Below are positions 36,449 through 43,784 of a DNA stretch of 63,406 bases, piece by piece. The position numbers and the translations under genes were made by a program. The notes beneath the pieces were generated by a model that was not told the origin of the DNA, did no database searches, and saw only the letters and a list, made by a program, of their open reading frames with translations. This DNA is from a virus (Duplodnaviria; Caudoviricetes), in IMG/VR virus record IMGVR_UViG_3300042465_001918, positions 1-63,406 of that record. One strand, written 5' to 3'. Every line of letters starts with the position of its first letter. The first letter of the stretch is position 1.

Positions 36449-37444
36449 TTAGTAGATCTTTCCGCGAGTTTTGCCACGCAATGCGATACCATCACCACGC
36501 TTAGAGGCTGTAGAGCTTTTGACAGATCCGCCATGGGCCATCTTTTTGACTGTGCCGCCTCTTTTCTTGGATTGTTTTGCTGCCGACGAAGCTAAACCTT
36601 GAAATTCATCGAGCAGATTGGCATCAATGCCTTCTTCGGCTTGTTTTTTAAGAATGGCTCGCTTCTGGGCACCCACCCGAGACGCTTCTTTAGCGGCTTG
36701 TCCCGCTTTATACATCTTTCTGCCCTTATAAAGAGCGCCAGTAAGTAAACCCAATCCCGCAGCGCCAGCACCTAAAGTGCCAGCCTCTAAGCCCTTTTGA
36801 GTGTTTTCCGCTGAAGGCGGTTTAAAAGCTTGGTCAATGCCAGCTTGCCGCTCTTCTTTGGTGGTTGCAGTCGGTTTAGCAGCAGCAGGCGCCGCAGCCG
36901 GAGTTTTAGCTCTTGCATCTACCGCTGCTCTCCTAGAATACTTTCTAAGATCATCCGTAGCATTAGCTGAACTAGATGCAGCAGCAGGTCTGGAGGCGGC
37001 AGGCTTTACCTTGCCAGCAAGAATTGCCGCATTCTGAGCTTGAGCCACTGGAGATGGAGCCATTCTTTTTTCATCGCGCATGCCTTCTGCGCGGCCACGA
37101 GCCATCATTTCTGACATCCGAGCGGTCTCGCCTGCTTCAGCGTCTAGCTGTTCAGGCGCATAGCTGCTTTTTGCAGGACGGGCGGCATTCATTTCATCAA
37201 CCATGCGGTTGGCAGCAAGCTCACTCGCTGCGTCACGATCCATCTTTGCACGGCCAGCCCCAAGGCGGTTGTATGCCTGTGAGCCTTCTTGATCGATGTT
37301 GCCCATACGAAGACGCTCAAAGAAACCCATGGGAGCATCCTTGTTCGAGGCGGCAAGGCCAGCCATCTTGTCGGCAGTTTCTCCGCCCTCTTGAAAGCGA
37401 CGAACGCGCTTAACGGGTTTTTTCATTGGTTTCTTTGTAGCCAT
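36449..37444 (-). CDS. Ala/Lys-rich protein with C-terminal RGDGIALRGKTRGKIY tag
   Basis: RFQEGG near N-terminus; MAHGG before tag; RBS GGAG. Confidence 0.75.
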   Translation of the reverse strand: MATKKPMKKPVKRVRRFQEGGETADKMAGLAASNKDAPMGFFERLRMGNIDQEGSQAYNRLGAGRAKMDRDAASELAANRMVDEMNAARPAKSSYAPEQLDAEAGETARMSEMMARGRAEGMRDEKRMAPSPVAQAQNAAILAGKVKPAASRPAAASSSANATDDLRKYSRRAAVDARAKTPAAAPAAAKPTATTKEERQAGIDQAFKPPSAENTQKGLEAGTLGAGAAGLGLLTGALYKGRKMYKAGQAAKEASRVGAQKRAILKKQAEEGIDANLLDEFQGLASSAAKQSKKRGGTVKKMAHGGSVKSSTASKRGDGIALRGKTRGKIY

Positions 37445-37457
37445 CTTGTACTCCAAG

Positions 37458-37958
37458 TTAAATGATCTTGCCTTTGGTCTTGCCGCGAGACTCAATGCCG
37501 CCGCCTATGGAGTAACCCATGCCGGTAACCTTTTTGTTCACGGGGCCACCTTTTTTCATCTTGCCTTCGCCATCTGCGGCAAACGCTGGAATCTTTTTGC
37601 CGTCTTTCATGACCATGGGCATGCCGCCCTCTTTGAGGCCAGCGTGAGCTTTAGAGGCGGGTTTGGCTGCGTGTTTGGCAAGAGCAGCAGGCATGCCACC
37701 CTTTTTCATGCCCATTTCAGCCCTCTCGTGCTTGATCATGGACTTGGGGGCACCAGCTTTTTTCATGAAGCCGATTTCTTTCTTCACCATTGCCTTGGAT
37801 TCTTTCATGTCGCCACCTTTTGAAAATTTGCGGCCCTTGTCCGCTGTTGAAAAGTCTTTACCCACGGACTGTGGAACGCCTACTTTCTTGGCGAATGCTG
37901 GGTTATTTGCCACAGCCGCCATGAAATTATGTTGTTTCTTGCTTGTGCTTGGCATCAT
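37458..37958 (-). CDS. Basic protein with five hydrophobic-xxGG motifs and GIESRGKTKGKII tag
   Basis: MPSTSKKQHNFMAAVANNP; FSKGG, MKKGG x2, LKEGG, YSIGG. Confidence 0.75.
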   Translation of the reverse strand: MMPSTSKKQHNFMAAVANNPAFAKKVGVPQSVGKDFSTADKGRKFSKGGDMKESKAMVKKEIGFMKKAGAPKSMIKHERAEMGMKKGGMPAALAKHAAKPASKAHAGLKEGGMPMVMKDGKKIPAFAADGEGKMKKGGPVNKKVTGMGYSIGGGIESRGKTKGKII

Positions 37959-38194
37959 TTCCCCGCCTGAATAAGCTGGTCAATCTTGGCCTCAAGGCGG
38001 TTGAACCGCTGGTCAATGTGCTCAGTTATTCGCTGAACTTCTGCTTTAGTTGTGTAATCACGGGCAATTTCCTCTCGTGTTATGTTCAAAAGCCGCTCAA
38101 GACGCTTTATGTCTTCGAACTTCTCTCGCACAAAGAACCACAGTGCGCCCATAAACACCGATAGAGCGCCCGACCATATGATGTTGATGTCCAT
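37955..38194 (-). CDS. Small membrane plus coiled-coil protein
   Basis: N-terminal TM; LLNITREEIARDY...RFNRLEAKID. Confidence 0.7.
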   Translation of the reverse strand: MDINIIWSGALSVFMGALWFFVREKFEDIKRLERLLNITREEIARDYTTKAEVQRITEHIDQRFNRLEAKIDQLIQAGK

Positions 38195-38195
38195 C

Positions 38196-38546
38196 TCAGC
38201 ACATCTTTCCACGGGTTTTGCCGCGCTGGGCTATGCCGTCTGCACGTTTAGAAGCCGAGACTGCGCCACCTTTGGAAAAAGGCTTTCCGCCGTATTCTGG
38301 ATCATACTGATAATCCCGGTCGCCTCTATCGATGGATTTTTGCTCTGCTTCAATATCCCGGGCAAGTTTATCGCTGTAGTCTTTTCTACCTTTGGAGCCA
38401 GAATACTTTGGGCCGCCAAAAAAAGGAACGAAATTCATGACATCGCCAGCATAGCCAGCCGCCTTAGAACCCAAACTCTCGTTGCTTTCTTTTCGATTTT
38501 GCAAGTCTTTAAGGCGTTGCTTGTCCGTAGTATTTTTGGCGGCCAT
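38196..38546 (-). CDS. Small protein with C-terminal RADGIAQRGKTRGKMC tag
   Basis: FSKGG then tag; RBS GAGG. Confidence 0.75.
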   Translation of the reverse strand: MAAKNTTDKQRLKDLQNRKESNESLGSKAAGYAGDVMNFVPFFGGPKYSGSKGRKDYSDKLARDIEAEQKSIDRGDRDYQYDPEYGGKPFSKGGAVSASKRADGIAQRGKTRGKMC

Positions 38547-38553
38547 GTTTACC

Positions 38554-38811
38554 TCAGCACTTCCATCTCTTCAGAGCAGCCGCCTTGCGGGTGGGCTGGC
38601 CTTTTTCATCTTTGAGCGGCCCGGGCATCCCTGACATCCGTGCGCAGAACGAATCCTTGCGCTTGCCGCCCTGCGGCTGGGGAGCCTTCAGGTTGCTGCC
38701 CGTAGCAGCGTTGTACTTAGCACGGCCTTTGGCAGTCAGACCCGCTCCCTTGGAGATCGGGAGCTTTTCGCCACGACCAACCGAGAGAACCGGGCCTTTC
38801 TTTTTAGCCAT
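38554..38811 (-). CDS. Small basic protein (DUF6321-like)
   Basis: GLTAKGR..YN...GSNLKAP...RKDSFCARM...LKRWKC. Confidence 0.7.
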   Translation of the reverse strand: MAKKKGPVLSVGRGEKLPISKGAGLTAKGRAKYNAATGSNLKAPQPQGGKRKDSFCARMSGMPGPLKDEKGQPTRKAAALKRWKC

Positions 38812-39319
38812 AATAAATCTGCGCTGCGTCAATGGCGTCCATATAGGCGTAAATCCCATTTACTGCCAATACACCTTCGCCGGGAACAAGAGGGGCATTC
38901 TGGAACTCGTCTGATGAGTGAGTTTCATAAGTTAACAGCCAACGATTTACACCACTGACATAAATCGCTGCTGGGGTGCCTGTAATATTCCCAGTATTGA
39001 TGTCTTTGATCGTAAACGCATCTGCGGTTGTTACAGTAATGGGGTAATTTCCATCAGTAGCAGAGCCGCCCGAACCGCCGTCAAAGTGAATGCCAACTAC
39101 AGTACCAGTTGTCAACCCATGCGCAGTTTTACCAATCGTCACGGTTGTGCCGCTACGACCATAAGTTACGCTTGAGGTTACTGGGGCTACGGTTGTGTCA
39201 AACAAAACCAAAGTTCCGGAAGCGCCGTAAAAAGAAACGCCTTTTACACGGTTACGCCCAAGAACAAAAAAACCGCTTTGGTTTAAATGACCTTGTCTTA
39301 CGTCATACTGCATCGTCAT
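38804..39319 (-). CDS. Putative virion structural protein
   Basis: Beta-rich; AHGLTTG..V module; PGEGVL..NGIY...IYYG end. Confidence 0.65.
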   Translation of the reverse strand: MTMQYDVRQGHLNQSGFFVLGRNRVKGVSFYGASGTLVLFDTTVAPVTSSVTYGRSGTTVTIGKTAHGLTTGTVVGIHFDGGSGGSATDGNYPITVTTADAFTIKDINTGNITGTPAAIYVSGVNRWLLTYETHSSDEFQNAPLVPGEGVLAVNGIYAYMDAIDAAQIYYG

Positions 39320-39482
39320 GTTGTTGCTCCAGTTCTGGTGATGGGCGATCTAATTCGGTCAACAAAACATCCACCATTGCAATTGCTCCGTTAGCCTGTT
39401 GGATGAGGTCCAGATACTTTTGCCGTTGCTCAAGTGCCTGACCCCTTAACCCCAACAGGTAGTCCTTATCTAACTCGGCCAT
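39303..39482 (-). CDS. Small coiled-coil protein (59 aa, not in track)
   Basis: MAELDKDYLLGLRGQALEQRQKYLDLIQQANGAIAMVDVLL...; TAATG coupling. Confidence 0.6.
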   Translation of the reverse strand: MAELDKDYLLGLRGQALEQRQKYLDLIQQANGAIAMVDVLLTELDRPSPELEQQHDDAV

Positions 39483-40054
39483 TAGGCGTTGAAGTTAGCG
39501 GCAGTAGCTGCCAGCAGGTAATAGTCACTGCCAGCAATCTTCACGCGAAGACCGTGCGTAATCTCGTTGACGTTGGTAATCGTGCCAGTAGCAGCCAATT
39601 TGGCACCGGCAACAGTTACACCAGCCAGATTTAGCAGGTAGCCGTTGGTATCGACAGTAGCAGCGCCAGCGCCATTAAGCGAAGCGTAAATCATCGAAGT
39701 GGCTGCGCCAGTAGAAGCGCCAGAGCCAGCGTTCAACTCGATTTCAACAGGAGCGTAGGTTCCAGAAGATGTACCGGCAGACAGGGTCAACTCAGCAACA
39801 AAGGCTGAACCCAGACCAGTTGTGCGACCAGTAGCGCCGTAGGTGACTTCGGCTTTTAGGGCGTTAGAGAACGAACCCAGAGCAACGTTAGCGCTCATCT
39901 GGAACAATGTGCGTCCGCCCGTGCCGCCAACACCCGTCATCGTGACGGCAGTGGTGCTCGCATTAAAAGCTGCGGCACCAGTGGAAGAATTGGAAATTGT
40001 GGTAATGAAGCCGTTTTGCGAAGCAACTGGGCCGGAGAAGGTGGTTAATGCCAT
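39482..40054 (-). CDS. Putative capsid decoration/fibre protein
   Basis: MALTTFSGPVASQNGF start; directly after major capsid gene. Confidence 0.65.
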   Translation of the reverse strand: MALTTFSGPVASQNGFITTISNSSTGAAAFNASTTAVTMTGVGGTGGRTLFQMSANVALGSFSNALKAEVTYGATGRTTGLGSAFVAELTLSAGTSSGTYAPVEIELNAGSGASTGAATSMIYASLNGAGAATVDTNGYLLNLAGVTVAGAKLAATGTITNVNEITHGLRVKIAGSDYYLLAATAANFNA

Positions 40055-40061
40055 GATATGG

Positions 40062-40137
40062 TCCTTACATGCAAGTTAGGCGTATCTGTCTGCATGTCGT
40101 CAGCCGGGACTGTCAGATACACCGGAAAGCCCGGAGT
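40062..40137 (-). ncRNA. Candidate pseudoknotted 5' leader RNA
   Basis: Three interleaved complementary pairs; last strand abuts the SD sequence. Confidence 0.45.
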
Positions 40138-40143
40138 GGCATC

Positions 40144-40172
40144 TTTATACCATGCCGTTTAAACTTGTGCAA
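40144..40172 (-). promoter_or_regulatory. Sigma70 promoter with GTTTAAAC in spacer
   Basis: TTGCAC-17 nt-TATAAA with extended TG. Confidence 0.65.
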
Positions 40173-40173
40173 G

Positions 40174-40197
40174 AAAAAAGGGGCCGAAGCCCCTTTT
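40174..40197 (-). terminator. Intrinsic terminator after major capsid gene
   Basis: GGGGC-TTCG-GCCCC followed by T6. Confidence 0.85.
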
Positions 40198-40208
40198 CTC
40201 ATTTTCCC

Positions 40209-41138
40209 TTACGCGCCGGGTGATCCGAAGATGCCCAGTGGGTCAGAGAAGCCGAAGCTGTAACGCTCACGGGCTTTGTAACGGACGTTGCCGGTGTCGA
40301 AGTCACCATCCATGGATGTTGTCATCGCAGCACGCTCGAAGTGCTTCAAACCGTTAGGAACGTCTGTGGTCAAGAACCAAGCATTCGGATCGGTCAGATA
40401 GTGGTTAACGGTGTAACCAGCAGAGATGGTGCCCATTGACTTCAACGCATTGATGTCGTTGTCAGCGGTAGCAACACGCAGTTCGGTGTCCAGCAAACGC
40501 TTTGCCACGAACATCAAATTTGGTGGGATCACCAGTTTGACGGGCTTGGAAGCGATCAACAGACCACGCTCATCCACCCAAGCAGCGATCTGAATGGTTG
40601 CGGCTTCCAAAGAAGTCTCATTCAAATCAGCAGGTGTGGATGGGGTGTTGTTGTTTACACCACCGCTAACCAGCGGGTGACCGACCAGTTGGGCAGAACT
40701 GTTGTAGCCGAACAGAGACACGCCGTCACCACCGAGGGCGGTACCGGAGAAGCCTGTATTCAGAACAGCAGCAGCTTTGACCTGTTTGGTGTAAGCCATA
40801 CCGCGAGCCAGAGCTTTGGTGTAGCGGGCAGACAAACTGTCGTACAGGTTGTCTTCCACTGCTTCTTCAGTGATGGAGAAGCCCAGAGCGATGGTCTCGT
40901 GGGTGTAGCGTGCAGTAAAGGCTTCCTGCGCGTTGTCAAAAGCGATGGACGAACCCTCGTTTTTAACAGGTGCAGCGCCGAAACCGGACAGCTTGGTCTC
41001 TTCCTCAAATGAACGCTCAGAAGATTCTGTTTCGTACAGTTCTTTGTGCTCTTCGCCGTAGCGAGCATATTCCAGACCAAACAGTGCGTTCAGACCGGGG
41101 AGCAGTTCTTTAAGTAGTTGTGCGCGTGAAATAGCCAT
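40209..41138 (-). CDS. Major capsid protein
   Basis: MAISRAQLLKELLPGLNALFGLEY; DLNETSLE; GDFDTGNVRYKARERYSFG; followed by terminator. Confidence 0.9.
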   Translation of the reverse strand: MAISRAQLLKELLPGLNALFGLEYARYGEEHKELYETESSERSFEEETKLSGFGAAPVKNEGSSIAFDNAQEAFTARYTHETIALGFSITEEAVEDNLYDSLSARYTKALARGMAYTKQVKAAAVLNTGFSGTALGGDGVSLFGYNSSAQLVGHPLVSGGVNNNTPSTPADLNETSLEAATIQIAAWVDERGLLIASKPVKLVIPPNLMFVAKRLLDTELRVATADNDINALKSMGTISAGYTVNHYLTDPNAWFLTTDVPNGLKHFERAAMTTSMDGDFDTGNVRYKARERYSFGFSDPLGIFGSPGA

Positions 41139-41149
41139 GATTTAGCTCC

Positions 41150-41752
41150 TTAGATGCCAACGGCGTTACTGAAGGCGTGTGCGCCGGGATTGAACTTAAC
41201 CAGAACATCTGGGAAAGCGTCAGTCACAGGGGATGCAAAGCCGATGATTTTGAACGCAGCAGCGGCGGTCTGAGTGGTTGACTCCAATGCGCTGGTCGAG
41301 TTACCTGTACGGGTAGAACCTGTAGAGGTGGACTGCACAGCAGCAAAGAAAGTGTTCGCACCGAGGTCCGACTGGTCAGCAACGCCGTCCAGTTGTGCTT
41401 GGAAAGTTACGGCGTCGTCGGTTACAACGTACGCAGTTACCACACCAGTTGTGCCGGAGGGGTAGTACTGGCCGTAAATCTGCTGACCTTGCGCGTTGAT
41501 GTACGAGCAGCCAACAAACACGCCAATAGCGCCCAGATTGTTACCACCAAGGTTATTGGTAGTCAAATCTGCGCCAGTAGCGGTAGACAGAGCGATATAA
41601 CCGTCTGCACCAATGATAACCACTTGCCCGTAAAACAGGTTTGTGCCTTCACCAGCGGGATCGATTAGAAACTGACTCGTAGCGCCAGCATAAGGCATGC
41701 CGTCGATACGATTAATGGGACGTAGCCCATAGGGGGAAGCAGTAGCGGCCAT
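41150..41752 (-). CDS. Putative capsid cement/decoration protein
   Basis: PYGLRP...GVFVGCSY; immediately upstream of capsid gene. Confidence 0.65.
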   Translation of the reverse strand: MAATASPYGLRPINRIDGMPYAGATSQFLIDPAGEGTNLFYGQVVIIGADGYIALSTATGADLTTNNLGGNNLGAIGVFVGCSYINAQGQQIYGQYYPSGTTGVVTAYVVTDDAVTFQAQLDGVADQSDLGANTFFAAVQSTSTGSTRTGNSTSALESTTQTAAAAFKIIGFASPVTDAFPDVLVKFNPGAHAFSNAVGI

Positions 41753-41766
41753 TTAAGGACTCCTTG

Positions 41767-42222
41767 TTACTTTGAACCTGAACCAAATCCGCCACGAGTT
41801 GTTGATGACTTTCGGTCAGAAAACAACGGCATGCGCGGGTCATTGTTTCGCATGAAACTATTATCCACAGAGGTCATCTGGTTTGCAGCTTGTTGGTCGT
41901 AATACTCGTTCCGTGCCTGTACGCGATCAATAGCCTGCTTGCAGAGCATGAGGCCACCTGTCTCGACATTTCCGGTCTTAGCACTACCTTCCAGAAGCAA
42001 CTCCGGATGATCTGCCGCCTTCACTGGTTCCCAGCCTTCGCGCATCATTTTTGATACATGCGTAGGTTGTGGCATTCCATTGATACTCGTCATGATGTAA
42101 CGGTATCGATAGTTGGCATCGGGAAGCGGGTCGGGCAGCGAACTCGAAGGTGTATACACATAACGAGTTGTTTTTGCGCGTGACTCAAGATCACGAGGGT
42201 TCCGGTTTGTATTTTCAGCCAT
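41767..42222 (-). CDS. Conserved head-module protein
   Basis: LPDP...REGWEPVKA.DHPE...GGLMLCK...RNEYY. Confidence 0.7.
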   Translation of the reverse strand: MAENTNRNPRDLESRAKTTRYVYTPSSSLPDPLPDANYRYRYIMTSINGMPQPTHVSKMMREGWEPVKAADHPELLLEGSAKTGNVETGGLMLCKQAIDRVQARNEYYDQQAANQMTSVDNSFMRNNDPRMPLFSDRKSSTTRGGFGSGSK

Positions 42223-43162
42223 TTGATTTCTCCAATTTTGCTACTTCGTTTGCATACTGCTGCGGGGTAAGTCCATATTTCTTCGCCAACGCTACTTGCG
42301 TCGGTGTCAGTTGTATTTTTCTTGCGCCCGTAGAGCGAGTTGCCGGTGCAACCACCGAAGTAGGTCGTTTGGAGCCATCGCCGGAACGTGGCTTGTCTTC
42401 ACTACCGAATACTTCCGGGAATGTCGACTTCATGCGAGCATCAATGCGCTCGAAATATTCATCAGAGCGGGGGTCAAGTCCCGAGTTGACTAGTTTTTGG
42501 TGCAGCCCTAGTGCAAAGCTGGTGTGTTCCTCGTATCCCGTAGAACCGAACCACTGGTTTTTAGCCTGCCAGCGAACAGTTTTTTCGTCGATTTCTGGAC
42601 GAGATACTTGTGTTTGTTGAGTTTGTACAGGAATTTCTGCGTCTTGTAAAGCAGGAGCGCGAAAATTCTTTGCAGCCTCGGTTCGCATCTTGGCGTCAGT
42701 CATGGCCTCTTGGGCCGCAACTAAGGCATCTGCGTCCCCAGATTCATAAGCCGCCTTGTATTGCCGCTTGGCATTTTCAAGCTCGCCATCAGCCACCTGT
42801 TTAATGGAGGCTGCGTATTGTTCAGTGCCGGACTTAACATATTCTTTAAGCTTGGCATTCTCACTGACCATATGCTGTGCAAGGCGCTCAAGTTCCTGCT
42901 TTTCTCGGAACAAAGACTCTTTTGCCCTGCGCTCATCGTGGCGGGCATGGGTTAGTTCTTTAATCCGTTTTTGGACGCCTTCCGAATAGGTTTCAATCTC
43001 TTCGTCGGAAGGATCTTCTACCTCGCGCTCCAGTGGCTTGCGGCCACGGTCTTTTTCGGGGGTGTCATCAACGATCTCGACCTCTACCTCGTCGGCGGAC
43101 ACGGTGACGTCAACGTCTTTGTCTTTATCGTCAATCTCATCAGGGAATTTAAAAGCTGGCAT
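42215..43162 (-). CDS. Putative scaffolding protein
   Basis: Acidic N-terminus, coiled coil, W..KNQWFG, LTPTQVALAKKYGL end; between portal and capsid. Confidence 0.7.
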   Translation of the reverse strand: MPAFKFPDEIDDKDKDVDVTVSADEVEVEIVDDTPEKDRGRKPLEREVEDPSDEEIETYSEGVQKRIKELTHARHDERRAKESLFREKQELERLAQHMVSENAKLKEYVKSGTEQYAASIKQVADGELENAKRQYKAAYESGDADALVAAQEAMTDAKMRTEAAKNFRAPALQDAEIPVQTQQTQVSRPEIDEKTVRWQAKNQWFGSTGYEEHTSFALGLHQKLVNSGLDPRSDEYFERIDARMKSTFPEVFGSEDKPRSGDGSKRPTSVVAPATRSTGARKIQLTPTQVALAKKYGLTPQQYANEVAKLEKSNG

Positions 43163-43171
43163 TTTTGCTCC

Positions 43172-43597
43172 TTAAGCGCGGGTGTAACCCCGAGGGTCTT
43201 GCACAACACATTCAATTTGGTCGTCGTTCAGTACCCTGAACTCTTTACCAAACACTCGAAAGCGCGTCCCTGTATAGGTACGCACGAGCACAAAGTCACC
43301 CTCTTTACACCATGGACCCGAAGGGAACTTGGCGGTGTCTTTGTACGCATCTGGCCCGAGCTTCATGACCCAAAGCACGGTTGTGGCGCTCTCTTCAAGG
43401 CGCATAGTCGCGGCATCTCGGATAAGGTCAAGAGATGTCCCGGCGAGCTTCTCGTCTACGGCAGGAACGATACACAGCATCTTGTAGCCCGTCGGTATAG
43501 GCAAGGCGGACCCTTTATCGCCGTCCTCGTCGGGTTTATCTAGGGGCTGGATGTGTTTGGGTAAGGTAATACCCGGTGGCAGAAGGATTTCACTCAT
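43172..43597 (-). CDS. groES: Co-chaperonin GroES-like
   Basis: PTGYKML...LGPDAY...PWCKEGDFV..RTYTG...RVLNDDQI. Confidence 0.8.
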   Translation of the reverse strand: MSEILLPPGITLPKHIQPLDKPDEDGDKGSALPIPTGYKMLCIVPAVDEKLAGTSLDLIRDAATMRLEESATTVLWVMKLGPDAYKDTAKFPSGPWCKEGDFVLVRTYTGTRFRVFGKEFRVLNDDQIECVVQDPRGYTRA

Positions 43598-43784
43598 CTG
43601 ATTGTTCAGCTTTCTTTGCAAGGTCAAGAAGATGGCGCTCTGCGATAGCCAGACCCTGAATGGTTCCGCAGAGTTTTTGATATTCTTCAAATGAGCGACA
43701 TGCTCCGCTGGCGGCATCATCCGCATAGTTATTCATGTCGATGCGTATTTGTTCGCGCAATACACGAGCGAATTCTTGAATCAT
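43590..43784 (-). CDS. Conserved small protein after portal
   Basis: SFEEYQKLCGTIQGL motif. Confidence 0.65.
   Translation of the reverse strand: MIQEFARVLREQIRIDMNNYADDAASGACRSFEEYQKLCGTIQGLAIAERHLLDLAKKAEQSDE

Noticed and set aside
35226-38250. Integron-like attC or DNA repeats at the gene ends
   Set aside because: The similarity is explained by the encoded peptide with synonymous variation; there is no palindromic attC structure or integrase.
40090-40110. Hammerhead ribozyme (CUGACGA on the minus strand)
   Set aside because: No correctly placed GAAA and cleavage triplet found; kept only as a structured leader.
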